Shown here piece by piece: positions 13,691 to 27,209 of a DNA stretch of 58,165 bases. Source of the DNA: Girardia tigrina. Its lineage: Eukaryota. Numbering within the stretch: position 1 is the stretch's first letter; the number at the start of each line of letters is the position of its first letter. The DNA is taken from NCBI GenBank assembly GCA_001938485.1, contig MQRK01202609.1:83691-141855 (forward strand), given 5' to 3'. Both the position numbers and the translations under genes were made by a program. The notes under the pieces are model-generated. The model searched no databases and was not told the origin of the DNA. It worked only from the letters and a program-made list of their open reading frames with translations.

Positions 13691-16185
13691 TTAGGTTGTT
13701 CGAAAAGTCATTTCGTTTTATTGGTAACCAGACAATTCGACACAGACAATTTGACACAAGACAATTCGACACAAGACAATTCGACACAGACAATTCGACA
13801 CAAGACAATTCGACACAAGACAATTCGACACAAGACAATTCGACACACGTACAATTCGACACAAGACAATTCGACACAATTTTTTTTAATTCGACACATT
13901 TTTAAATTCGACATATTTTTCATTCAATTCGATACAAATTTTTTAATTCGACACATTTTTTTAATGGGACAAAAATTTTATTTCGACATTTTTAAATTTC
14001 GATAGTTTTTTTTAATTCAACACTTTTTTTAATTAGACCAATAACTAAAATGAAATATTTTCATTATTACTACACATTTTTTGAAACTCGACATTTTCAA
14101 TAACTATATTTTTAGTTAGACTAANNNNNNNNNNNNNNNNNNNNNNNNNNNNNNNNNNNNNNNNNNNNNNNNNNAAAAAATCAATTTTTATGAAACAAAT
14201 TTTTTAATTCGACACATTTATTAAAAAATAATTAAAATTAAAAAGTAAAAGTTAAATTGACAATAAGACGACACAAATTTTTTGATTATACACATTTATT
14301 AATTCAACACAGTAAAANNNNNNNNNNNNNNNNNNNNNNNNNNNNNNNNNACTAGCCAACGCAAGTATTTCAGTTTTTCATCATTCGATGCATTCAAATT
14401 GTATTCTTGCACAGCCATTGCAATAGCCTCACTCAATGATACATATTTTTTCTTTACAACCACAGGGCGACCTGACAGAGCATTTGCCAAAGTCAGTCTG
14501 TGACAAGCTATATCTCTTCCAAGTCCATCAAGCAAGGTTCAAACACTGGGGTGGCTGCATTGAAATATTGCATTAAGAGCATTGTGGAAACCTTAACAAC
14601 AATTTGTAGTTTTTTTAGTTAATGATTTAATTAATCGGTAATAGCGACATTTTTAAAAAAAAATGTGTCGAATTAAAAAATTTGTGTCGAAATAAATGAA
14701 AAATATGTCGAATTTAAAAATGTGTCGAATTAAAAAATTTGTGTCGAAATGTCTTGTGTCGAATTGTCTTGTGTCGAATTGTCTTGTGTCGAATTGTACG
14801 TGTGTCGAATTGTCTTGTGTCGAATTGTCTTGTGTCGAATTGTCTTGTGTCGAATTGTCTTGTGTCGAATTGTCTGTGTAGAATTGTCGTGTGTCGAATT
14901 GTCTTGTGTCGAATTGTCATGGAACCCGTTTTTTTGTATTAAAGTAAAAGACAAATTTTTATGACGAATAAGTATTTTATTGAAATACATATTGACCATT
15001 CTGATCCAATACTTTTTTCCCTCTTCTTGGCAGTGACATGATTCCACGTTCATAAAATATTTATTCTTTGCTGCTAAAAAACTTTTCCAGGTGATTTTTA
15101 ACATCTTCATTTGATCCACAAGTGTTACTATCTAAATAATTTTGTAGAGACCGAAACAAATGATAATCAGAAGGTACGAGGTTTGGAGAATATGGTGTGT
15201 GAAGCATGATGTTCCATCCAAGCTATACAAGCTTTTGGCAAGTTACGAAACTTGTATGAGGTCTGGCATTATCTTGGTGAAACACTACACCTTTTCTATT
15301 GATCAATTCTGGCCTTTTGTGTTTAAGGGAGTTATTTAATTTGTCCAGCTGATGACAGTAGACGTCCGAATGGATCGTAGTTTTGTTCGAAAGAAGCTCA
15401 TAAAATACGATTCCTTTGAAATCCCACCAAACAGATAACATCACTTTTTTTGATGAATGTCAGCTTTCGAATTGCTTTGAGCAGGTTGATCTTTTTTACC
15501 CCAAGATCTCTTGCGTTTTACATTATTGTAAACTGCCCATTTCTCATCTCCAGTGACGATGCGCTTCAAAAATGGATCATTTTCTTGACGTTTGAGAAGC
15601 ATATCACAGATGTCTAATCGACATCATAAATTTCATTTGGTAAGATTATGAGGAATCCATGTGCCGAGTTTTGATGTAAAACCTAGGCGCTCCAAATGAT
15701 CATTGACGGTCGAATTAGATAAATGTAATGTTTGGGCAATTTCGTGAGTTTTTATTCGTCGGTTTGAATCAATTAATATCTTTATTATGTCTTCGTCGGC
15801 TTCAATTGGCCTTCCGGAACGTGAAGAATTTTCAACATCAAAATTTCCGAATCTAAATTTTTTAAACCAATTTTGGCATTGGCGTTCTGTCAACACATCT
15901 TCTACATACACTTCGCATAATTTTTTTCTTGCTTGTACAGCATTTTTACGTTTTCGGAAGTAAAAAAGTAATACATGCCGTAAATGCTGATTCTTGTTTT
16001 CCATCTTTGATAGGTCAAAAATTAAATATAAATGTTTTTAATTATTCCAAAATTTTCCAAATCTAACCTTGATTACCAACTGCTAAAATAAATAATATAG
16101 TCAATGATTATTAATGATTATTAATATAAAAAATACATTTAAAACAAGTATTAAAAAAAACGAGATAACTTTCCGAACAACCCAA
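13691..16185 (-). mobile_element. Mariner element (degenerate), with one TIR interrupted by a MULE
   Basis: TIRs tt(a/g)ggttgttcg.aaagt.at.tcgtttt with TA flanks. Transposase from 16004: MENKNQHLRH...WIPH...TGDEKW...HQDNARPH...YSPNLVPSDYHLF, with stops. Confidence 0.93.
13723..14926 (-). mobile_element. Mutator/foldback element with 15-bp tandem-repeat TIRs
   Basis: Inverted arrays of gacaattcgacacaa at both ends; 9-bp TSD cgttttatt/cgttttttt; internal MULE transposase C-terminal relic (TTNCC*GFHNALN...HPSV...KKKY...YLR). Confidence 0.9.
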
Positions 16186-17021
16186 TAATATTTAAAATTT
16201 AACATCACTTATTGTTTTATAATAAATTTCAATTTTGTCGGATTACTGAATATCCTTAAAATAAATGTCAATTCTGTGTATAAGATCCACTATTTTACAT
16301 ACAATGAAACACAAATTTTCGAAATTGATGTGAGAATCACAATTCCAAGTTCAACACACTCAAATCAACACATCACATTCATTCAAAATTGAAATTATTC
16401 CTCAAGTTGAGAATTTATGTCTTCCTTACAATGTTTTTTATTTCAAGGAATATTACTTGCACCGTCAATGCAATTGTTCCTGATTTTTTATGAAGTTGAC
16501 TTGGCATCTCACCTATGTAAATGGTATTACATTAATTACATTTTAATTGGAAAATAAGACATAAAGCAATGCTAACGGCAAAAATGCCTTTAATGTTTTG
16601 GATATGTTTTAGTATTTTCAAATTCATGACATTATCTAATGCTTTAAAATGACTTTATTGGTTTGTATTCATAATTTGAAAGTCAAATTGACTCATTGAA
16701 TGCCATGAGACATGTTTGCTCAATTATTGTAGAGCACTTATTTGTGGTGTCTTTGAACATTTTCCGATCAAATCTAAACGCGTCACAAGACAGTATGAGT
16801 TTGACAATGTGTCAATTTTCGTTACATCGAAAACATGTTTCTCGTCAACTTCATTACTTGTTGTAACTTTCATTTGTCTATCTAAAGACATAAAATAATA
16901 ATATTGAAATTGATTCAAATCAAGTGTATTTTTGTTGGTTCAAAATAAGCGGTACAAGTATTCAAATTGTAATTTAAATCCGATACTTAAAATATCTTAT
17001 ATTTCAAATCAAATCACTAAC

Positions 17022-17096
17022 TTGACCCTCACACTCCAACAAGATATCGTTTGATTTATTTGACTTTTTTTCTATCTCTGGTAACCACCCGTAGAT
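17022..17096 (-). CDS. ATP1B: Na+/K+-ATPase beta paralog B, exon 4
   Basis: Reverse strand ttctag|ATC...CAA|gttagt; encodes IYGWLPEIEKKSNKSNDILLECEGQ. Confidence 0.92.
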
Positions 17097-17964
17097 CTAG
17101 AATAAACAAACATCATTTGTCTTATTGATAATCAATCATTAATTATTTATTTTTTTAATACGACCAAATCAATTCGAGTGAATACTACACTAATGCAAAC
17201 ACCGGTACCACAGTCTCTCTTATAATTATAATGCGCGCGCATTCAACATCTCGATGGCAAAGGTCGACAAACACGACATTCACGCACATAGACCCTCTGA
17301 CCTTCAAAAAACGCAGAAAATTATTTTTTGTAGTGATTATAAATGAAAATTCGAAAATGTTAAATTGATGTATAAGACTGGTTCTGTTTTATTTTATACT
17401 TATTATTTATTTATTTTTATATTTTTTTATTTTACTTTATCAAAAAATATTAATTGTTTTTTTCTACTTAAAAATTGATACCATTTTGATTTTTACAAAC
17501 AATTATTTGACATTAATTTTAATCTAAAAAATTTTTTTTGCACAATATTAAAAATTAAATAAAAAAATTATTTGACGATCTGCCAATTTTAATTTAGTTA
17601 TTAATGTGAGGATTTTGAGAAACTTCCAAATTTTCCCAAATTTTGACATTTTACAAATAGGAAATTTTATTATAACCCTATTCTAAGATTGCTTAGAAAC
17701 TTTTTCTAATCGCTAATGGTTACGCTAGAAAACATTGAAAAATAAACTATAAAAAATAAAGTATAAAAAATAAATAACAATAAAATTCTAAATAACAATA
17801 AGTATATGCATTAACATGAGAAAATATTGAAATATTATAAATATTACAAGTGCAAATGATCTACGTATTGATCCAAATATGTTAAATGAAGATTTCATAT
17901 TTATTGATAACATAAGAGGAAACGTATATTACTTCCCTGAAATCTACAAGATGTTTCGCTCTTA

Positions 17965-18732
17965 CAAGGGAACCTACCGAACCCGCACATCCCGATTTCG
18001 ATGAAATTTGGTACATATATAGAACTCACCGCGCTGAATAAGATACCTTTAAACCACCTGCTCTTAAAGCTTAGAACTCGAGATATTCGACTTTTTTAGG
18101 TTTCAAAATTTTTTTTGAATTTTATGTCCAAAGATAAAAAAACAAAGGGTGAATTTATTGTTTATTCATCAAAGTCACCACAAAAATGATAATCAATATT
18201 CAAATTTTTAGTTTTTATTATTGTACTTTTTAAATAATTTTAATGATTTTATTTTTGCAAATTTTTAAATAATTAAAATCAAATTAATGTTTAAAAATAA
18301 CTATAAAAATATTNNNNNNNNNNNNNNNNNNNNNNNNNNNNNNNNNNNNNNNNNNNNNNNNNNNNNNNNNNNNNNNNNNNNNNNNNNNNNNNNNNNAGAG
18401 ATATTGAAAAATTGATTGATGGAATCTAGTGAAAGCCTTACTGTTGATCATCATAAAGATGATAAAAATTGTGAATGTAATAAATGTTCTGTCAAATATG
18501 TGAGTTCTCTTAACAGTCTCTAAATAAAACATATTAAACCAAAAATTTTAAATACCTGCTTTACTATTTCTAACCTATTAAAACAAATATTTAAATTCCA
18601 AATTTACGAAATTAAATAATATTACATTAAAAAGTTATGATGGTTTTAAAACTTGTGCACTTTTTTAGTGGACACACCTTATGTACCAAATTTCATTGAA
18701 ATCGGGATGTGCGGGTTCGGGAGGTTCCCTTG
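17965..18732. mobile_element. MITE with 3-bp TTA TSD (PIF/Harbinger-like)
   Basis: ~50-bp TIR caagggaacct.ccgaacccgcacatcccgatttc.atgaaatttggtacata; tta on both sides. Confidence 0.8.
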
Positions 18733-19749
18733 TTAGAGTTTATAGCAATGTTAATCAGAAAAGATCGTACATGATATCAAATCAACCAATCCTATGGGGC
18801 ACCAAAAGTTTCCATTCATTAAAAGAAGATGATACTCTCAGTTTGGTAAGATTATCTAGGACTTTTGTACCTCTGACTCTTAATAAGAAGCAAGAAAATT
18901 AATTGAAACGTCTTCGTTCAAAAATTTTCCAAAATGAGTAATTCAGTAAAAGAGAAGCGATACGAATTAGCACATTGAAAGGATATTGTTTTCCAGTATG
19001 ATGATGCAAGGCTCTACACATTTAGGGCCACTTGCCAAAATTTATAACTTTGAAGTTGCGCCCTTTTGTTTCCTTAAAAAGTCAGATGTATATGTGAACT
19101 TAATATTGATTCATGAGATGATCTTCGAACATATCTGTAAACTTTATCGCCATTACTGTCTCATGAGGGTAAATTAAATTATCATCATATTACCTTCGAC
19201 TTAGAACTGCTTTGACCAAATAAACAGTTTTTAATTTGCATCTCTGTTAGTAACTGATACTTAACAAGACATCGCACTGTTCTTGTAGTAACTGTAAATA
19301 AGGCAAGAAGTGATTCTGTATCTGAGAAACAGTAAGGATTGAGTTAATTACACGTTCTTATCATTATCCTGTCAAGTTATTTTTAATTATTCCAATATGA
19401 TTTGATCCTTATTATTTGATTCTTATTATTTGATCCTTAAACGTTTTTGATTAAACTATGGAAAGTTGTTTTAAGAATATCAAACTGACTAGGAATCTTT
19501 CGACCACTGAAATTGAGTCAATCGATGCTTTAATTGAATTACTTCTTTCACCAGTAAAATCCATATTTCAAGAGAAACAATAATAATTTATGAGTAGATT
19601 TACTGCAGAACTGGTTTACTAGTTTCATCAATTTTAATTAAATTATCATGCAACCAGATTATTATTTCTGCAAAAAAATGAAAATAGTAATTTCAAGTAA
19701 TTCTGAACCTAGAAGTTCATATGAAAGATATTTTTTACAAAGTATCATA

Positions 19750-20914
19750 CGTGGGGACTTCAATCATTCCGTATTCTACCTATCTAAAAAGTGAACAATG
19801 AAATCCAAAATGAATGCATTTCTTAGACATATTATAAATGTTATTGGAACAAGCTACTTTTTCACGTAGCATCTCTTTCATTCTCAAGACACAAAATCAA
19901 CAGTCTGACTAGGTTACAGAATGTACTTTTATACCAGTTAGTGGGCTTTCTGCTAAGAAATGATGTCGCTGCTTGCATCATTTCTTTTTCCTCTGTAAAC
20001 CGTTTCCATTTTAGATGGTTTTTAAGACTCTTTAGGTGGTAGAATAGAAAAAAATCGCTTGGAGCAAGATTCGGGCTGTAAGATTGATGGGAAAGCTCCA
20101 CGAAGTCACATTACTGAACAGCAGCATGGGCTGCAGAGTTTCCGGTCTTAGAGCTTTCACTTTATCTTACAGGTTTTTTTACAACTCGAGCATTGTATTC
20201 ACAATTGATTTTGTTGACTTTGTCAGAGAAATCAGTTTAAACAACGCCACGAAAATTCAACAAAATGGTCATTACCACCTCTTGGCGCTGAGAAAATCGT
20301 CTCCTTCATTTTATAGGGTTTACTTCTCGAAGTTTCCATTCTTTTAATGATATTTTAACTTCTGGAATACAGAAGGGGTTGTATTTCGTCCTCCATCACG
20401 ATATTATCAAGGAATCGAGCATCAATTTCAGCATAAATATTGAAGTTTTTTTGATAGCCCTGAAGTTGCTTCTCAAAAATGTCCACATTGAGAAACTAAG
20501 GCTGGAACCATGAGTATAACTTTTTTACGCTCAATGAATGGAGCATGTTGTTCCTTGATCGCTTTCCATTAATTTAGTTTTTCAATTATTTATCCACCAT
20601 TTTCTCATAGTCTCCTCCTTTTCTTATGGGGCTTATTTGTTCTGCCACACTTAAAATATGTATTCCAATTTTATGTTATAGATCGAATCTTTACCATATG
20701 CCACAAACAGTTGCTGCATTATTTTACCAGGTTCAATTTTCCTTCGAAGCAAAAACTTAATTGCATTGAGCTTTTCGAAGTCAGATATCACGTTAAATTG
20801 AGTATTTGCGATTTTTTTTATAAAATTAGCTGCCACAAAATACATGACCATATAATTAGTGGATTTTGATGAACTAATAAATAAAAATTGCAACAATATT
20901 ATTGTTAAATTCAC
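19750..20914 (-). mobile_element. Degenerate mariner
   Basis: YSPNLAPSDFFLF motif (19862-20101) and N-terminal AIKFL relic; boundaries approximate. Confidence 0.75.
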
Positions 20915-21659
20915 TGTGTAAAAATGATTCGATTTTGTATTTTTATAAAAGCTGTTGGAATGAAAAAAAGAATTTATTAAACAAAAATAACTTATCTGTA
21001 TAAAAGTATATTTTATCAGTACCTTTTCAGATGTTTTATACCATTTAAAATCATCAATTTTGAAAAATGTGATTCCTAATGCGATTAGCTTAAAAATTAT
21101 TTACCAAATTAAAAAAATCTGATATGTTTAGCACAAAATCATCAACATCTTTGGTTTGTGATCTGATCTTGCTTATAAAAATACTTGTTATTGGGTTCGT
21201 GATTAAAATCCAAAGTCATTATTCGCAAACTTTATTTCTAATACAACTTTCATTATTCAAACAAATTTATGAGGAACAATATTTTAGTTACATAAAACAG
21301 ATTTTAAAATTCTAAATATAAATAATAATATCGTTGTATATATATATATGTTTTTTATTCAATTTTGCATAAATCATATTTTGTTTTTATTTTATTAATT
21401 TTTACAATGTTTATTAATTGAAATATAAATTTAGATCTTTAAAATTATTTTAATGGTCATGTCCTGTAAAAATTCAATTCCTAAATAATTTGACTTTAAT
21501 TTGAAATCATTCAATTATAAATTATTTTTAATAAGACTTTCCGTGGACAATGAACTTCAATAAAATATTATGATTTTTTTTAAATAGTGTTACAAGATAT
21601 ATCAAAATCTGCTTTACAATATTCTTGAACTTCGAAGCTGTTATTTTAATAGTGATTTT

Positions 21660-21995
21660 TTAAAACCTAATTTTTATAAAAAGTTGTTCCAATTTAATTA
21701 GTAAAATATTATCATTACACTAATTTTTTATAAAAACTTATCTCATTTTAATTAGTAAAATACTATCTGTAAAATACTTAAATACTTATTAAAATAAATA
21801 ATAAATACTTAAATTAAATACTTATTAAATAAAATACTTATAAAAAGTTATTTAAATTTAATTATTAAAAATATTACATATAAACCATAATTTTTTATGA
21901 AACCTTATTTCATTTTAATTCGTAATAATATTATCTACAAACTTAAATTTTTTTTATAAAAAGTTATTTCATTTTAATTAGTAGAACATTATTTT
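21660..21995. repeat. AT-rich ~55-bp minisatellite within a dispersed repeat (related copy inverted at ~51410-51535)
   Basis: Repeated taatttttataaaaagttatttcattttaattagtaaaatattat units. Confidence 0.6.
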
Positions 21996-23040
21996 TAATT
22001 TATCTCATATATAAATATGATTTTTAATTTAAAAATATCAAAAATTTACAAATAACCAAAAAGAACCCCTAACACTTGTAATGGGTGTAACACCACATAC
22101 ATTTGAGACATTTATAGATCTCTGTAAATGTATCACAGAGGGTACTTGATGAGATAATTGGACAGAAATTGCAGAACATTATCGAAAATGCAAATGTAAA
22201 ACCTTATTAATTAAATCGGGTGATTCGAAAATCAATATTCAAATGTCCCACGTAACTAATAAAGTTAAAAAATTTAAATAATTGCTAAAAATCTTCAAAA
22301 AGAACTTTATGGTGTGTTGATTGTGTAATCGATATATTGACTATATAAGCTTATGATAATTTAGACTGACGATGTCGAGGAATCCGCCGAATTTTATTAA
22401 GCATAATTTGAAAATGTTTGCAACATAATTATGTATTTACAATCAATAGTTCTAGTGTTAATAAATTAGTTTTATGATATTTATGCTTACAATAATCAAC
22501 ACAAATGTGACTGAGAAATCGTATTTGGAAATGATTTCTGGTGACGTCGTATATCTATATACCATCTATTGAAAAAATCAATGATGACTGGTTTATGAAT
22601 GATCCAACAAGCCACCAAACCCCCGGAAAAACTTCAAACGACAATTGAAAATAAAATTAAAGAAGTTCCTGCAGATATCATCCAAGAATTGATCACGAAT
22701 TTCGATTAAATCATTCGACATTACATCAAAGCATCAGTTCTTCAATTACAATTTTCTGTATATTGGAATTTAAATTATATTATTGAGTAAAACTAGATTT
22801 AAATAAAACTATTAGCTAAATTGCACCTATAGAACACTTTCTCTCCTTCGTCCGTTTTATTCTTATAGGAATAGCTCAATATTTTTTCATCAAATCAAAA
22901 TTTTCTAACTTACACTTCGAATTGTTTGATTATTACTAAATATATACAACAAAGTCGAATAATGTTGTTTTTTAAAATACTAATACTGATGAAAAGATTA
23001 AAAACAACATAGAAATTTTTTATTTACCGATTATTTTGAT

Positions 23041-23435
23041 TTTTACAAGCTTTTATTACGTTTCATTTGTTTGTCTGCCTGGATGCATCAAATCTTGCGA
23101 TCGAAAATTCACCCACTTCCCGTTCACCTAGCGACATGAAACTTTCAGGACTGATGTATTCTAGGTGACAATACACTTTTTCACTGTCACTGCTCATCTA
23201 CCGCCTTTAGTTTGGCCGCAAAAGTAATTAAAGTGTCGTGCTCATGTTTTCCTCAGTAGAAGGCTTTGAAATTTGATATATCCAAATGCAAATAGAAAGC
23301 GGGTTTTCGCCTAGTAGGCTTTGATAATGCAGTCAAAAATGTGGGAAGTGGGTGAAATGGATACAGAACCGCAAACATATGACAAATTATAAAAGCTTGT
23401 ACACCAAAAATTTTTTTTGGTGTGATTATACTTAT
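23041..23435 (+). mobile_element. Helentron-associated non-autonomous element (HINE/DINE-1-like)
   Basis: Subterminal IRs tacaagcttttat (23044) / ataaaagcttgta (23389), 3' hairpin acaccaaaaa...tttttggtgt, T-rich flanks. Confidence 0.75.
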
Positions 23436-23695
23436 TTTAACATAGATTTTTTTATTTACTGAGTGATTAGAATTATTGTTTTTTACATAGAAAATATTAA
23501 TTTACTGATATAATAATTAAAATACACAGGATTCGTTTATTTTACAAAGCGTTTTATTAGGAATACTTAGCGCTTAAACCGATATTGATTAGTAGAAACG
23601 CATGTTTTCGATATTGATAAAATAACCATATTTTTTCTAATTAAAAAAAAACTGTTATTTTATTGCACTTAAAAATTAATGATTATTTAATTTAC

Positions 23696-24356
23696 TTTAT
23701 TAGCTCTTAGAAACACACACAATCGCTTATTCATCAATTCCTTCTCCGGAGAACCGCATCTATCCAACATTTTTCGGTCGAATTTACAAAATCTCGACAG
23801 ATTTTTTGGAGTGTTTTCAAAGGTCTCATTGCACATTACACCGTCAGAATCTTTATCAGCGATGAAGGTTTGGTTGAAAAACGAATCCACTTGCTTAATG
23901 TATAACTTGTAATGGTCCGACTGGTTATCAGTTGAAGCCACTATCAAGCCACTTTCAATAGATAAACGGGGATTAGCATTAAGGCCTTAAAAGGAAATGC
24001 AATCAATAAAAACAGTTCGCTTGTAAATTACCGGGTGTGAATGTGAGAATGCTATTTCGACCGGTTCTCATCGGTTCCTTATCCGATACAAATCCGTACA
24101 TAAACACCGATATCATACCGAGAAAAAATCCACTTAAACATGAATAAAATATCATGTAGAAAACAAAGATTAGACCTAAATTGAAATAGATAATATGATT
24201 GAAAGATTACAATTTCAACATACACCAGCTTTTAGCTGTTCGACCTAAACACGTTCCTTTCTTTTCATTGTGAATTGCCGATAAAATTCGTTGACATTTG
24301 GTTTTTTCTGGGTTCGTATCATACTCATCTGTCTTTGCTTTAGTGTAAGATGACAT
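23696..24356 (-). CDS. ATP1B: Na+/K+-ATPase beta subunit, paralog B, exons 1-3 (24356-24224, 24175-24032, 23985-23696)
   Basis: MSSYTKAKTDE...GTCLGRTAKSW|CLIFVFYMIFYSCLSGFFLGM...RTGRNSILTFTPG|LNANPRLSIESGLIVAS...CKFDRKMLDRC...LCVFLRANK. GT-AG introns of 48 and 46 nt at the same positions as in paralog A. Confidence 0.93.
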
Positions 24357-24763
24357 CGGTTCGTTAATTTGAAAACTGATGATTTTATTTTATGTAAACA
24401 TTTATACAGTAAAACAAATGATTGAAATTAACGTAATTTTTTTAAAACAATATTTATTTTGATTTATTTAATGTTTTTTTTAATTTAATTATTTTGAAAA
24501 CTAGTAAAATTTTCAGATAAATATTTTTAGAGATCGATTTTCAAATTTCAGTCAATAGTTTTATAAAATTTAAAATTAATAATAATATATTATAAAAATG
24601 CAATTGGTAATTTTATATTATTGATTGTGAAAATTCTCTGGTTAAAAACCAGAGATATTTAATCTTTTTTGTTAACGTAATTCAGAAATGTTTTTTTTAG
24701 TTACATATCTCCAGAAATATAAAAAATAAGTTATATTTTCAAATAAGAAGTATTTTTTTTAAG

Positions 24764-27209
24764 TGTGAACGAGAATATCGAAAATTAGAATTTTTTTCAA
24801 TACCAAGATCCCATCTTCCGCCATTTGCACAGCTTTTCAGCGCACACCAGGCTTTCTGTGGTGTGGCTGGACACGAACTCGTTTAAGGCTCTGTAGTCTA
24901 GCACTGGTCGCACCTTCCCCTTCGTTGCCTGAACAACCACCATTAGAGACAAAATTGCCTTTGCTTTCCCATTAAACGGGATGAGGCACCCGTTTTTCTT
25001 CTATTCAGACAACTCCTGGCTCACCTCTTCTTCGTACTGCTTGGCCGACGCGTATACTGCCGCTCCCCCAAGCGACTCTGGTGGCTCCTCCCGATCTTCC
25101 ACTTCCATAATGCCGTCCATGAGCGGCCGTCAAACTCGGCTATAAAATCAGAATTTTCAATCCGCGTGCGTGGCGGTTGCTTCACTCTGCCCACCGCTGC
25201 CTGATGTTCAATCCGTCCAAGCTTTGGGGTGCCGCCTCTGTCAGGCACCCATACACCCCAAAATTGGTTGATCGCGTCCATGCCGAAAAGAACCCCCGTC
25301 CTCGACCCGACAACTTCTGGTACCACTAAAACACGGCATTCGATCCGCTTGCCGCTGCACTCAATCGATAGGATCGCACTAGATTGCACGCCCACCACCG
25401 ATCCGTCCATCAACCGAACAACTTCTTCAACTCGAACCAGCTTTGCCGACGGGACAAACGCCCTCACTACCACTGATGTCAAACATCCTGTGTCGACCAT
25501 TGCCCTTGCAGTCCTTTCACACACGTTCAGCGGAACGGATACAAGTCGCACGTCACCACAACCAGACTCCCCATTTACGCTATAGAGGGGACCCGCTATT
25601 CGGTTCCCGCTCGGTCGGTTTTGCGGCGCGGGTACCTCTTGAAAGTGCGGCCCACCCAACCGCAGCTGAAGCATCTGCTCTCACGTCCATTATTTCGGTT
25701 TGCGGTTCGATCGGTTGTATTATGGGCGCTCCGTCTCCCCGGTCGCACATTCACGCGCCAAATGCCCAATCCCGCCGCAACAATAACATCTCGGTTATCC
25801 TGTATCGGGTGCAGAGCCGTGGCAACTTCCCCTCGCGCCCCCCGGTCGGGGGGCCTCACGCTTGCATGGGGCCTCTCCAAATAGGGTCAATATTTGAAAA
25901 TGTAATAGAATAACAATAATAAGATCTAACACACACACACACACACTGCATATCGGTATGCTTCGTCTACCGTATAATTCAATCATTCAAATAAATAATG
26001 GCTGCCTACTATACAGAGCATCCCACCACACTCCACTCCACAAACCTGCCACACCGCGTTGATGCAGTGAGTGTACTGTATGACAATGCCCTGTGCACTT
26101 TTAANNNNNNNNNNNNNNNNNNNNNNNNNNNNNNNNNNNNNNNNNNNNNNNNNNNNNNNNNNNNNNNNNNNNNNNNNNNNNNNNNNNNNNNNNNNNNNNN
26201 NNNNNCAGACTGTACATACTCTAACTCAGACGGTTAATCTTTAGACGGTAGTTAATCTTTATTTGGACTCGTGTGTTGACGGTGCTAAATTTGTGAATTT
26301 TTGTTAACCTAAGTAAGTTGCTTTTTATTTCCATTCCTTATTTCATCTAGTCATTTACAGATGCAAGTATCTTTGTTCTTTTAGGCTTTATGAGTGGTCG
26401 CCGCTTTGAATCTGGCGCATCTAAGCGCAAGAATTTCTGGGGCAGAATTTATTGCACCGCCATTAGCACGAGAGGATTGACAGTGAAAAAATCTAATGGG
26501 CCTCATAAATTTTTTCGGGGGGGGGCCTCCGGGTACTCTGCCACGGCCCTGATTGGGTGACGGGAACGGTGGTGGCCGATCTAATAACCATGCAGCTGTC
26601 GCTCTCTCATCAATGGGTTCACGTCTTGCCTTGACATGCACTCGAGGCAACCAGACCAGGGTTTCCAGATCCAACGTTTTGTTGAGCGCCTCGGCCTCCC
26701 CACTTCTCACGGCTTCCTTGGACAGCGCATTTATGAACTCTTGAGCTACAAAAGCCTCCCAGTTACATCCGTAGCCACAGATGACAGCCGCTGACCGCTT
26801 CAAATCAACCATGAAAACGTGTACGCCCTCACCGGGTGCAAGCCGTCGGGAGGCAAAACTCACCCATGATAGCCTTGGGTTTGGGGCGAACGCTTCTGTA
26901 AGTGCGGTTGTGCTCTTCTCAAAGTCTTGTTGCGTCGTTTCACTGAGTCCTTGGAATACGACTGACGCCTCGCCCGTCAGTGCAAGTGCATCTCCAGCTT
27001 GTTCTCCTTGAACGTATCCGCGCACTCGCGGTATCGCTCGATCCAAATGAAAAAATTCCCGCGCCAGTCATATGCCGGCATGATTTTCAGAGTCTTCATC
27101 ACAAAGCCGCGATAGCTTGTGAACGAAAATATCGAAAATTAGAATTTATTTCAATAACAAGATTTACAAACCGTTTGCGAATTCTGATTATTTAAACAAG
27201 TTTTCGACA
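24764..27209 (-). mobile_element. Rearranged GC-rich Gypsy element(s)
   Basis: gag (26381-27046), knuckle relic RCFSCG, protease AMVDTG, FDGRSWT..WKW and RT start KGKVRPVLDYRALN. A ~45-bp direct repeat tgtgaacga.aatatcgaaaattagaattt at 24764 and 27118 marks LTR remnants. Confidence 0.8.

Noticed and set aside
13653-14964. Repetitive ORFs (DNSTQ / CVELS / RQFDT) and a CRISPR-like look
   Set aside because: They are translations of spacer-less 15-bp tandem TIR modules of a Mutator foldback; there are no spacers or cas genes.
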